The notes under the pieces: generated by a model
The model's database searches: none
The model's input: the letters and a program-made list of their open reading frames with translations, nothing else
What the model was told of the DNA's origin: nothing
Translations under genes and position numbers: made by a program
Assembly: GCA_963798845.1 (NCBI GenBank)
Contig: CAWCUS010000004.1
Location: 256,001 to 320,000, forward strand
DNA: 64,000 nucleotides
Direction of reading: 5' to 3'
DNA from: an uncultured Gemmatimonadales bacterium
Lineage (GTDB): Bacteria; Gemmatimonadota; Gemmatimonadetes; Longimicrobiales; RSA9
Shown: positions 21,423 to 30,560 of the stretch, piece after piece
Layout of the letters: each line of letters starts with the position of its first letter
How positions within the stretch are numbered: position 1 is the first letter of the stretch

Positions 21423-23308
21423 GCGCCGGCGTCATCGGCACCGCCGGGCACATCGACCACGGGAAGACGGCGCTGGTACGCGCCCTCACGGGAGCCGACA
21501 CCGACCGGCTGCCCGAGGAGAAGCGTCGCGGCATCAGCATCGACCTCGGCTTCACGCACCTCGCCCTGGGCGACGCCGCGTTCGGCGTCGTGGACGTGCC
21601 CGGGCACGAGGACTTCATCCGGAACATGCTGGCCGGGACCACGGGGGTGGACCTGCTGCTCCTGGTCGTGGCCGCGGACGAAGGAGTGATGCCGCAGACG
21701 CGCGAGCACCTCGCCATCGCCGACCTCCTCGAAGTCCCCGCCGCCGTGGTCGCGCTCACGAAGGCCGACCTCGTGGAGCCGGACTGGCTCGAGCTCGCCC
21801 GCGAGGACGTGCGCGAGACACTGGCCGGGACCCGCTTCTCCGATGCGGCGATCGTGGCCACATCGGCGGTCAGCGGCGAGGGCCTGGATTCGCTGCGCGC
21901 GGCCATACTCCGGCACGCGCAGACCGGCCGCGGCGACCCGGACGACCTCTTCCGACTCCCTGTCGACCGCGCCTTCTCCGTTCACGGCACCGGGACCGTC
22001 GTGACCGGCACCGTATGGTCCGGCACGCTCGAATCCGATGGCGCCGTTCGCCTCCTGCCAGGCGAGGCGACGGCCCGGGTGCGAGGGCTCCAGGTGCACG
22101 GAGAAGATGTACGGCGCGTCGCACCGGGGCAGCGCGCGGCCGTGGCGCTCGGCGGTGTGGACCTGGACGAGGTCCATCGAGGCATGACGCTCGTCACCGA
22201 CGACGGCTGGGGCGCTTCGGACCGCCTCGCCGTCCGGCTCCGAGTCCTGGCCGGCGCCGGCTGGGCGATCGAGGACCGCCAGCGGGTGCGTGTCCACCTC
22301 GGCACCGGTGAGACAATGGCGCGCGTGCTGCTCGACAAGGCGCGTCAGGTCGAGCCCGGTGATACCGCGTTCGCCCAGCTCCGCCTCGAATCGCCCATCG
22401 TGGCCCGGACCCGGGACCGCCTGGTCATACGCTCGTATTCGCCCGTGACTACCGTCGCGGGCGCGACCGTGGTCGATCCCGAGGCGCCCCGCCGCCGCCC
22501 CCGCGAGGCCGACCTCGCGCTCTACGAGGTCCTCCTGCGGCGGGAGCCGGAGCCGGTGGTGCGCGCGCTGCTGCGCCGCGGGGGCACGTCCGGTGTCGCG
22601 CTCGCGGCCCTCCCCCTGGCCACGGGGCTTGCGCCGTCGGCGGTGCGCGCGGGGCTGGACGCGGCGAACGCAGTCGTGGTCCGCGACCGCTGCTTCGACC
22701 CCGCGGCGGTGGAGGAGGTGCACGCGAGCGCGCTGCAGGCTCTCGAACGGTACCACCGGGAACATCCGCTCCGTCCGGGGATGGACCCCGCCGAGCTCAG
22801 GCGAGAGGCGGTCGCCGACACGGGCGGGAGCGTGGCGCCGGCGCTGCTGGAGCGCGTCCTCGATTCGCTCACGGCGGACGGGGAGGCGGTGTCGCGCGCC
22901 GGGCGGATCGCCCGCGCGGGACACGAGCCCGTGCTCAACGGGAAGCAGCGGGCGGTCCGGGACAGGATCGCCAATGCGGTCCGGGCGGCCGGCGTCGCCC
23001 TGGCGCCGCTGGAAGAGGTGCGGGCGGCCGTCGGCGACGCCTCCGAGCTCGACGACCTGCTGGCGCTGCTGTGCGCGGAAGGGACGCTCGTGAAGGTCGA
23101 CCACGAGCGTTTCGCAGATGCCGGGGCGTTGCAGGCGCTGACAAGGGAGCTCCGCGAGGCCCTCGGCGGAAGGGACGGGCTGTCGCCCGCGGATTTCCGA
23201 GACGTGGCCCGAGTCTCGCGGAAAAGCCTGATCCCGCTCCTCGAGTATCTGGATCGGGTGGGTGTGACGGTTCGCACGGCCAGCGGGAGGCGCATCGCAG
23301 AGTCTTGA
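21419..23308 (+). CDS. selB: Selenocysteine-specific elongation factor
   Basis: GTAGHIDHGKT, DRLPEEKRRGISIDLGF, C-terminal SRK..IPLLEYLD winged helix. Confidence 0.96.
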   Translation: MSAGVIGTAGHIDHGKTALVRALTGADTDRLPEEKRRGISIDLGFTHLALGDAAFGVVDVPGHEDFIRNMLAGTTGVDLLLLVVAADEGVMPQTREHLAIADLLEVPAAVVALTKADLVEPDWLELAREDVRETLAGTRFSDAAIVATSAVSGEGLDSLRAAILRHAQTGRGDPDDLFRLPVDRAFSVHGTGTVVTGTVWSGTLESDGAVRLLPGEATARVRGLQVHGEDVRRVAPGQRAAVALGGVDLDEVHRGMTLVTDDGWGASDRLAVRLRVLAGAGWAIEDRQRVRVHLGTGETMARVLLDKARQVEPGDTAFAQLRLESPIVARTRDRLVIRSYSPVTTVAGATVVDPEAPRRRPREADLALYEVLLRREPEPVVRALLRRGGTSGVALAALPLATGLAPSAVRAGLDAANAVVVRDRCFDPAAVEEVHASALQALERYHREHPLRPGMDPAELRREAVADTGGSVAPALLERVLDSLTADGEAVSRAGRIARAGHEPVLNGKQRAVRDRIANAVRAAGVALAPLEEVRAAVGDASELDDLLALLCAEGTLVKVDHERFADAGALQALTRELREALGGRDGLSPADFRDVARVSRKSLIPLLEYLDRVGVTVRTASGRRIAES

Positions 23309-23334
23309 CCGGGCGCACCCGCGGCGTCTACTAT
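23305..23334 (+). promoter_or_regulatory. Putative sigma70 promoter for the 23421 gene
   Basis: TTGACC-N18-TACTAT in an AT-richer intergenic stretch. Confidence 0.5.
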
Positions 23335-23420
23335 ATCAGCGAACCCACGGCATTGTTCTGTCGTTCTGGAGGGTTATCGAAAACTCTGCTACTGCACAGT
23401 CGGATCGTGCGGAGGGGACC

Positions 23421-23873
23421 ATGAAGCGCCGCATTTTTGTCGGCGTTCTCTTCCTGTCGGTCCTCGCCTTCAAGCCCGTGTCACTGACGGCGCAGGACCC
23501 CAGGGGCGACGCGTCAGCCCGTACCGCGGAGTCCGGGTTCGTACTCCAGCAGAACTATCCGAACCCGTTCAATCCGACGACGCGAATCCCGTTTCGACTG
23601 GATCCCACCCTTTTCGACGGGGGGCATTCGGTCACGGTCACCATGGCGGTGTACAACGTGCTCCAGCAGCTCGTTGCATACCCCACCGCCCTGGACCATC
23701 CGGACGGGAACGGCGTCCAGGTACGACAGCTGACCTACGAAACACCAGGCCAGAAGGAAGCGTTCTGGGACGGCCACGACCTCAACGGTCGTCAGGTCGC
23801 GTCAGGGATCTATTACGTCCAGCTGATCGTGAACGGTCGGCGGCAGATCATGAAGATGATCGTCGCCAAGTAG
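23421..23873 (+). CDS. Secreted protein: signal peptide plus a T9SS-CTD/FlgD-Ig-like domain
   Basis: LQQNYPNPFNPTT, VYNVL, WDG..NGRQVASGIYY, terminal KMIVAK. Confidence 0.85.
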   Translation: MKRRIFVGVLFLSVLAFKPVSLTAQDPRGDASARTAESGFVLQQNYPNPFNPTTRIPFRLDPTLFDGGHSVTVTMAVYNVLQQLVAYPTALDHPDGNGVQVRQLTYETPGQKEAFWDGHDLNGRQVASGIYYVQLIVNGRRQIMKMIVAK

Positions 23874-23895
23874 CGGTCCGGCTGCGTGCGGAACA

Positions 23896-23932
23896 AAGGC
23901 GCCCACCCCCTGCGGCCGGTGGTGGGCGCCTT
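23896..23932. terminator. Hairpin between convergent genes (likely bidirectional terminator)
   Basis: AAGGCGCCCACC / GGTGGGCGCCTT 12-bp inverted repeat. Confidence 0.65.
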
Positions 23933-23989
23933 CGCATGTCCTCCGGCATCGCGCCGCGGCGCGATGCCGGATCGGCCGGGGGTCGCGCC

Positions 23990-24349
23990 TCAGGTCACGA
24001 AGTAGAGGAAGCGGCCGCAGTGGTCGCAGGTGCCCAGTCGCTCGCGCTCACCGGGGTCGGATGCCACAGCCGTGGCCACCGAGACGAAACAGCCGTAGCA
24101 GGTGCCGTTGATGGCGGGGACCACGGTCCTGCTGATCCCGGCGGAGAGGCGCGTGTACCGCTTGCGCACCTGGGGGTCGAGCTCGCCCTCGAGCTCCACC
24201 ACCTTCTCGTGGAGGGATGCGATGGCGGTTTCGGGGTCCAGGTTGAACTCCTCTTCCTGCACCTGCCGCTCGCTCGCGCCCTCGGCCAGCTCTCGCTGCT
24301 GCGCCTTCAAGTCCTGGATCTGGAGCAGGATCTCCAGCTGGGGATGCAT
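23990..24349 (-). CDS. C4-type zinc-ribbon protein (DUF164-like, short)
   Basis: Coiled-coil N-terminus; CYGC..CDHCGRFLY. Confidence 0.85.
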   Translation of the reverse strand: MHPQLEILLQIQDLKAQQRELAEGASERQVQEEEFNLDPETAIASLHEKVVELEGELDPQVRKRYTRLSAGISRTVVPAINGTCYGCFVSVATAVASDPGERERLGTCDHCGRFLYFVT

Positions 24350-24357
24350 CGCAACTC

Positions 24358-24810
24358 CTAGATGGCCTTCCGTTCGAGGAGGGCGAGGAAGTCGTCCGCG
24401 CTCTTCAGCTCGCCGAGCCGCTCCGGCACGTCCTGCTCCTTTGCGAACTGCGCGATCTTGCCGAGGACCGGGAGGTACTGGTTGCTGACTTCCAGCGGCG
24501 GCGCGACGATCAGGAAGAAGCTGTAGACCGGCTTGTCGTCGATCGCCTTGTAGTCGACGCCGTCGGGCTTGCGCCCGAAGGCGATCCGCAGACGGTTGAC
24601 CACCAGCGATCGGCAGTGAGGGATGGCGATGCCGTGGCCGATCCCGGTGGAGCCGAGATTCTCCCGACGCTTCAGCATCTTGAAGAGGATCCCCTCGCTC
24701 TTCTCGTCCAGCTCGAGCAGTGCGATCAGCTCCTTGAGGATCTCGTCCTTGGTCTCCCCCTTCAGATCGAGGTCGACCACACTTCTATCGAAAAACTCAC
24801 GCAGTATCAT
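24358..24810 (-). CDS. ptsN: PTS EIIA (Ntr/fructose-type)
   Basis: RENLGSTGIGHGIAIPH. Confidence 0.88.
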   Translation of the reverse strand: MILREFFDRSVVDLDLKGETKDEILKELIALLELDEKSEGILFKMLKRRENLGSTGIGHGIAIPHCRSLVVNRLRIAFGRKPDGVDYKAIDDKPVYSFFLIVAPPLEVSNQYLPVLGKIAQFAKEQDVPERLGELKSADDFLALLERKAI

Positions 24811-24925
24811 CTATGTCTCCTGTCCCGCACGTGGAGCGCGGAAAGATAAGGACGCGCAGAAACGGTGTCAAAACGGCAACTTAGCCCGATTGAACGGCTC
24901 CCTGACCGCCGTTAGATTCTCGCCC

Positions 24926-25978
24926 ATGCACGATCCTGTCGTCGCGATCTTCCGCGCGCCCACACCGCTGTTCCTGGCGCCCCAGGCGGGTGTCAGCGAA
25001 TCGCCGTTCCGGCGCCTGTGCCGTCGGTTCGGCGCAGACGTGGTGGTGAGCGAGTTCGTCAGCGCGGAGGCCTTGCGGCGGGGGAGCGAGCGCACGCACG
25101 AATACCTGCGCTTCCACGAGGTCGAGCGCCCGATCGGCGTCCAGATCTTCGGGGCCGACCCCGGGGCGATGGCGGAGGCCGCGGCGCTGGTGGAGGAGGC
25201 CTACGCCCCCGATTTCCTGGACATCAACTTCGGATGTCCGGTCAAGAAGGTGGTGCGGCGGAATGGCGGGTCAGGGTGCCTGCGGGACCTCGGCCTGGTC
25301 GAGTCGATCATCCGGGCCGTGGCGGGAGCGATCCGTGCGCCGACCACGGTGAAGATCCGGAGCGGGTGGAGCGAGGAGATGCGGGACCCGGTGGGAATCG
25401 CCCGCCGCTGCGAGGACGCCGGCGCCCGCGTCATCACCCTGCACGCCCGGACGCGCACGCAGATGTACGGTGGAGAGGCGGACTGGCGCGAGATCGCGGC
25501 GGTGGTGGAGGCTGTGGACGTCCCGGTGGTGGGGAACGGCGACGTGCGAAGCGGCCAGGACGCGGTGCGGATGCGGGACGAGACGGGGTGCGCAGGGATC
25601 ATGATCGCCCGTGCGTCACACGGCAGGCCGTGGATCTTCCGGGAGTGCCGGGCGGCGCTGGACGGGCAGCCGATCCCCGACGGGCCGGACGTGGCGGAGC
25701 GGTTCGCCATCGTGCTCGAGCACGCGCGCAACGCCATCGCCTTCGAGCACGACGAGGAGCGGGCCATGATCGAGTTCCGGAAGCACCTGGGCTGGTACAC
25801 CAGGGGACTTCCGGACGGCCGGTCGCTGCGCCAGGAGCTGTTCCAGGTGCGCTCGCTACGGGAGGTGGAGGAGCGGCTGTCGGGGTACGCGGAGGCGGCG
25901 CAGGAGGCGCAGCACGACGGCGGCATTGCCGGCAGCACGGCAGCGGGCGCGGCCGAGCGGGTGGCGGTGCCGGCGTGA
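24926..25978 (+). CDS. dusB: tRNA-dihydrouridine synthase B
   Basis: LAPQAGVS, DINFGCP, VKIRSGW, LHARTR, GNGD, RKHLGWY. Confidence 0.93.
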   Translation: MHDPVVAIFRAPTPLFLAPQAGVSESPFRRLCRRFGADVVVSEFVSAEALRRGSERTHEYLRFHEVERPIGVQIFGADPGAMAEAAALVEEAYAPDFLDINFGCPVKKVVRRNGGSGCLRDLGLVESIIRAVAGAIRAPTTVKIRSGWSEEMRDPVGIARRCEDAGARVITLHARTRTQMYGGEADWREIAAVVEAVDVPVVGNGDVRSGQDAVRMRDETGCAGIMIARASHGRPWIFRECRAALDGQPIPDGPDVAERFAIVLEHARNAIAFEHDEERAMIEFRKHLGWYTRGLPDGRSLRQELFQVRSLREVEERLSGYAEAAQEAQHDGGIAGSTAAGAAERVAVPA

Positions 25979-26772
25979 GGGGTCGCATCCTGGAGCTGCT
26001 GGCGCGCGTCGCCGCGGGAGAGGAGACGCCATCTTCGGCGCTGGAGCGTCTCTCGCTCCTGCCGATCGAGGAAGTCGACGGCGGTCCGGGCGACGGATCC
26101 GAGGTCCACCCCTTCGCCCGCCTCGACCACAACCGGGCGCTCCGGCAGGGGCAGCCGGAAGTGGTGTTCGGACCGGGGAAGACGATGCCCCAGCTCCTGG
26201 AGATCGCGCACAGGTTCGTGGATCGAGGCGACGGGCTGCTGGTCACGCGCCTCGAGGAGCCCGGCCTCCGTGCCCTCGCCGGAGCATTCCCCGAAGGCCG
26301 CGCCAGCGCCATCGCCCGCACGTTCCACGTCCCCACCGCCAACCCCACGAAGCCGCGCACCAGGGGGCCCGTCCTGGTGGTCACCGGCGGGACGGGCGAC
26401 ATCCCGGTGGCCGAGGAGGCCGCGGTCACCGCCGCCGCGCTGGGCAATCCGGTGGACCGGCTGTACGACGTCGGCGTCGCCGGGATCCACCGCGTCCTCT
26501 CTCACCTGGAGGTGCTGCGCCGGGCGGCGGTCGTGATCGTGGTGGCCGGTATGGAAGGCGCGCTGCCCTCGGTGGTGGGCGGCCTCGTCGCCAGCCCGGT
26601 GATCGCCGTCCCCACCAGCGTGGGCTACGGCGCCTCCTTCGGGGGTCTCGCGCCGCTCCTCGGCATGCTCAACAGCTGCGCCGCGGGTATCACCGTGGTC
26701 AACATCGACAACGGCTTCGGCGCCGCGTGCGCCGCCAGCCGCATCAACCTGCTGCCAGAGCGCGAGGCGTGA
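25975..26772 (+). CDS. larB: Nickel-pincer cofactor biosynthesis protein LarB
   Basis: ARLDHNRALRQGQPEVVF, DVGVAGIHR, AGMEGALPS, VPTSVGYG, VNIDNGFGA. Confidence 0.93.
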   Translation: MRGRILELLARVAAGEETPSSALERLSLLPIEEVDGGPGDGSEVHPFARLDHNRALRQGQPEVVFGPGKTMPQLLEIAHRFVDRGDGLLVTRLEEPGLRALAGAFPEGRASAIARTFHVPTANPTKPRTRGPVLVVTGGTGDIPVAEEAAVTAAALGNPVDRLYDVGVAGIHRVLSHLEVLRRAAVVIVVAGMEGALPSVVGGLVASPVIAVPTSVGYGASFGGLAPLLGMLNSCAAGITVVNIDNGFGAACAASRINLLPEREA

Positions 26773-28505
26773 GCAGGCGCCGACCGCCGCGCGCCGCCGG
26801 CCGAACGCTCGCCCTGGCGCTCCGCATCGCAATCGTGGCCGCCGTCGTTGCCGTGGTCATGGGCCTGGGCGGGTGGGGCTCGCTCGCGTACCTCGCCACA
26901 GGCTTCGCAGGCGGCGTGCTCCTGGCTCCGCGCATCCGACGGTGGTCGGGTGTGGAGGCCGCGCGGGCCGACCCGACCGGAAGGCCGGAAGAGGGGACCG
27001 CGAGCGGCACGGGATGCGGCGCGCCGGAAGCGCGGACGGCAATGACCGACGCCCTTTCACTCGTGGCCACCCTGACAGGAGCGAGTCGCGTGGTGGTCTG
27101 GCGGCTCGAACCGTCGGCCGGGACGCTCGATCCCATCGCGGCCACCGGGGTCGCGCCCGCCTCCCGGCCGGCGGCCGCCGACCCGCTCACGTGGTGCATC
27201 GCGAACGCCCAGCCGCTGCGCGTCGACAGGCGCCCGGCCTGGGCGGAGCAGGACGTGGTGGCAGTCCCGGCGGACGCGGCGAGATCGCTCGCGGTCACCT
27301 TCGAGGGCGCCATGCCGGCCGGAGCGGGAAAGGCGGAGCCCGGGGACCCGGCGGACCGGGGTGGAGAGGTCGCGTCGGGCCGGGAGACCGCGGCCGTGGG
27401 GGTCCCGCGGGAGCTGGTGGTCGCGGCGCGGCTGTTGGGGCGGATGGCGGCCGCGGACGCCCGCGAGGCCGCGGTGGCCGCGGACCTCGAGCGCGTCCAG
27501 CTGGTGCTCGGCCTGATGCAGCGCATCCCGGGCGACGACGCGCCGGGCGGGTTCGCGGAAGCCCTCGCCCGCGTCGCCCAGCGGGTCCTCGAAGCCCGCG
27601 TCGCCGTGATCGCCTCGTGGAACGAGGATGCACAGGCGGGGGAGGTGCTGGCGTCCTCGTCGCCCGGCGAAGGCCCGCCGCCGGAGATGCCGTTCCGCGC
27701 CGACACGGGGCTGCTCGGACTTGCCGCCCGCTCGGGCGCCGCTATGCAGCGGGAAGGCGAGGGCGCGGCGGGGGCGACACTGGCGGGGGAGTCCGCACCG
27801 GCGCACCCCAGCTGCGTCGTCGCGGTGCCGCTGGCGTTCGCTGGACACGTGCAGGCCGTCGTGGGGGCTTGGTCCGATGCGGCTCCGAGCCGGACCGGGG
27901 TCCAGCTGCTCCAGGCCCTCGGCCCCGTCCTCACCGTGCAGCTGCACCAGGCCGCGGACCTGGACCGCTTCCGCCTCCGCGCCACCGAGGATCCCCTCAC
28001 CCGGCTGCCGAATCGCGGCGCGCTGGAGGAGCGCCTCGAACTCGAGCGCCAGCGCTTCTTCCGCTACCGCCGTCCGCTCGCCGCCCTGATCCTCGACCTC
28101 GACCACTTCAAAGGCGTCAACGACACCCACGGCCACGCCGCCGGGGACGCCGTGCTGCGCGCCGTCGCAGACCGGCTCCGGGCCACGATACGGGATGTCG
28201 ATTTCCCCGCCCGCGTGGGCGGCGAGGAGCTCGTCGTCCTCCTGCCGGAAACCATGCTCGGACACGCGGGCGAGGTGGCCGAGCGCGTCCGCGCCGCCGT
28301 CGCCCGGACGCCAGTCTGGTTCGAAGGGACAGCGATCGCCGTGACGGCGTCCGTCGGCGTGAGCGCGTGCCCCGAATGCGTGGACACGCCCGACGCGCTG
28401 CTGGACAGCGCAGACCACGCGCTCTACGTGTCCAAGGCCGGCGGCCGGAACCGCGTCACCCTCGCCGGTGCGGGTGCGGCGGCGGGGCAGGGGCCGGGGG
28501 GTTGA
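26769..28505 (+). CDS. Membrane-anchored GAF-like + GGDEF diguanylate cyclase
   Basis: N-terminal TMs; DPLTRLPNR, DLDHFKGVNDTHGH, RDVD I-site, GGEEL. Confidence 0.88.
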   Translation: MSRRRPPRAAGRTLALALRIAIVAAVVAVVMGLGGWGSLAYLATGFAGGVLLAPRIRRWSGVEAARADPTGRPEEGTASGTGCGAPEARTAMTDALSLVATLTGASRVVVWRLEPSAGTLDPIAATGVAPASRPAAADPLTWCIANAQPLRVDRRPAWAEQDVVAVPADAARSLAVTFEGAMPAGAGKAEPGDPADRGGEVASGRETAAVGVPRELVVAARLLGRMAAADAREAAVAADLERVQLVLGLMQRIPGDDAPGGFAEALARVAQRVLEARVAVIASWNEDAQAGEVLASSSPGEGPPPEMPFRADTGLLGLAARSGAAMQREGEGAAGATLAGESAPAHPSCVVAVPLAFAGHVQAVVGAWSDAAPSRTGVQLLQALGPVLTVQLHQAADLDRFRLRATEDPLTRLPNRGALEERLELERQRFFRYRRPLAALILDLDHFKGVNDTHGHAAGDAVLRAVADRLRATIRDVDFPARVGGEELVVLLPETMLGHAGEVAERVRAAVARTPVWFEGTAIAVTASVGVSACPECVDTPDALLDSADHALYVSKAGGRNRVTLAGAGAAAGQGPGG

Positions 28506-28530
28506 ATCCCTGGAGACCCTTCGCTATACT
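28502..28530 (+). promoter_or_regulatory. sigma70 promoter of ssrA
   Basis: TTGAAT-N17-TATACT, 10 nt upstream of the tmRNA 5' end. Confidence 0.8.
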
Positions 28531-28540
28531 TTCGGTGTCC

Positions 28541-28904
28541 GGGGCCGACACGGATTCGACGTGCTTAGTGAATTCGGCGTTGCGTGCCGAGGTTTCCGTC
28601 ACCTCGTAAAACAGCGGAAAAACACCACAAGTGCCAACGATAACCTGGCGCTGGCTGCGTAAGTAAACCTTACGTGCCCGTCTGGAGCAGGGACCCGGCC
28701 CGAGGTCCAGCTTTCAGGCGACGATTGAATCGGGCTGGCTATCCGGCGAGGCCACCGCGCCGGGAGCGAGAACTCAGAGTGGCTGGCTCGTGAACGGCCG
28801 TCCGTCGTGCCAATGATCGAGTGAGAAAACAACAAGGCGGACTACGCACGTAGAGGCGCTGAGGGATCTATTCGCGGACGCGGGTTCGACTCCCGCCGGC
28901 TCCA
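28541..28904 (+). ncRNA. ssrA: tmRNA; tag ANDNLALAA* at 28633-28662; CCA not encoded
   Basis: 5' GGGGCCG..GGATTCGAC; 3' GACGCGGGTTCGACTCCCGCCGGCTCCA; G3:U acceptor pair; tag ending LAA. Confidence 0.97.
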
Positions 28905-29410
28905 TGCACAGGGCGCGGTCGGGCAACCTGTCAGAGGCCTTCGTACATCTCTGCGGGGCATGGGCGGGAGTCGGCCTCCGCTTGCCGTTACGTGCGCCCG
29001 CTTCGCTCTACGGATCATCTGGCGCTCCGGTTCGACTCCCGCCGGCTCCATGCACAGGCCTCTGATCGGGCAACCGGTCAGAGGCCGTCGTACATCTGTG
29101 CAGGGCATGGGCGGGAGTCGGCCTCCGCTTGCCGTTACGTGCGCCCGCTTCGCTCTCGAGATCATCGGGCGCTCCGGCTCGACTCCGCACACGGGCGGGC
29201 GCCGACACGCCGGAGGGCATCGGCCCGGACCTCGATGCATGGGCATGACGGGGCGGGAGTCGGCCTCTTGCTGGGTAGGCCGCGCTCCGGTTCCTACCCC
29301 GCCGGTTCATCGCGCGAGCACGGATCGGGCTCGACCCGCGATGGCGGAGGGTCGGCGGCGGGAGCTTTGGGTGCGACCGGGGGCTACGGCTCGTGGGGGG
29401 AGTCGGGCTC
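28883..29410 (+). repeat. Tandem array of tmRNA-3'-end-containing palindromic units (starts 28883, 29029, 29176, 29289)
   Basis: Units 1 and 2 share a 30-nt identity (28883-28912 / 29029-29058) and a 54-nt identity (28956-29009 / 29103-29156); units 3 and 4 are degenerate. Confidence 0.9.
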
Positions 29411-29436
29411 GGCCTCGGAGAACGGGCCCTGCTGTC

Positions 29437-29789
29437 CGCGGCGCCATCGTCGCCCTCTCATCCGCCGCCGCCCGCCGGCCGTCGGAGCGCTCCACCGCGC
29501 CCTACACCGCGGCCAGGGCGGGCATCGAGCTCCTCACGAAGTCGGCCGCCATTCAGGCGGGGCCGTACAGCGTGCGCGTCAACTGCATCGCGCCGGGGAC
29601 CATCTCGACGGAGCGGACGAGGACCAGATCCCCGCGGAAATGAAAGCATGGCTGGCCGACTCCCATCCGATCCGGCGGCTCGGAACGCCGGAGGACGTGG
29701 CACGTGCCGCGCTCTGGCTGGTTTCCGACGACGCGTCCTGGGTGACCGGCGTGGTTCTGGACGTGGCGGGCGGTGCCGTACTGGTGTGA
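29437..29789 (+). pseudogene. SDR oxidoreductase C-terminal remnant
   Basis: GAIVALSS..YTAAR..VRVNCIAPG, frameshift near 29620, then PIRRLGTPEDVA..WVTG..VAGG; no N-terminal Rossmann fold. Confidence 0.85.
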
Positions 29790-29985
29790 GCTTCACTTGG
29801 CGGAATTGGACCGCTCGCCCGGCGGTAAATTGGCTTCTGGACGAGACTTGAGACTCCCTTAGCTTACTGGGCCGGGTCCACGGACAACGTCCACCCGGGG
29901 CGGGAGCGAGCATCTTCGGCTGGCGCACCCTCCTGACGTACATCCACGAGTCCACGCTGTGACACCTGCCAGGGGAGCGAACAGG

Positions 29986-30546
29986 ATGCGCAAGATCATC
30001 AACTCAAGCTACGTGACCCTCGACGGCGTCGTCGAGAACCCGCACATGTGGCCGCCCCTGCCGCTCGGCGACGCGGCCGAGCACGACGAGGTGCAGTACG
30101 CGCTCCTCGAGCACTGCGAAGTCCTCCTCATGGGCCGGCGCACCTACGACGCGTTCGCGCCGGTGTGGCCGACCAGGAGCGGTGACCCGGTCTCCGACCG
30201 CATCAACGCCATGCGGAAGGTCGTCGCGTCGACCACCCTGACGCAGCCGGCGTGGAAGAACACCGAGGTCGTCTCCGCGGGACTCGCGGACCGGCTCCGC
30301 GAGTTGAAGCGGGAGGATGGCGGCGACATCGTCCAGTACGGCGTCGGCCCGGTCACGAACCTGATGCTCCGGGAGGGGCTCCTCGACCGGCTCTACCTCT
30401 GGATGCATCCGCTGTTCGTCCGGGCGACGACGCAGGACCTGCTCTTCGATCCGGAGGTCGAGGCGACGTTCGAGCTGCGCGACAGCCAGACGCTGAGCAA
30501 CGGCATCGTCATCCTTCGCTACGACGTACACTCACCGGGCGCGTAG
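29986..30546 (+). CDS. Dihydrofolate reductase-like (RibD_C) protein
   Basis: MRKII..VTLDGV, LLMGRRTY, GGDI..G, LLD. Confidence 0.9.
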   Translation: MRKIINSSYVTLDGVVENPHMWPPLPLGDAAEHDEVQYALLEHCEVLLMGRRTYDAFAPVWPTRSGDPVSDRINAMRKVVASTTLTQPAWKNTEVVSAGLADRLRELKREDGGDIVQYGVGPVTNLMLREGLLDRLYLWMHPLFVRATTQDLLFDPEVEATFELRDSQTLSNGIVILRYDVHSPGA

Positions 30547-30560
30547 CGTCGGAGGAGAGC

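Noticed and set aside
28468..28662. 64-aa ORF ending ANDNLALAA
   Set aside because: This is the tmRNA tag frame, not an independent gene
29029..29050. A tRNA gene at the second GGTTCGACTCCC
   Set aside because: Only the 3' part of the T-arm and acceptor is present; no matching 5' half or cloverleaf
28883..29410. Repeat array as a CRISPR array
   Set aside because: Period is about 146 nt, the inter-repeat segments are homologous rather than unique spacers, and there are no cas genes
28842..29643. ORFs with 49-aa repeats (28960-29643 +, 28842-29246 -)
   Set aside because: They are a by-product of the 147-nt DNA repeat, overlap tmRNA or run into the SDR remnant, and have no protein-like signal
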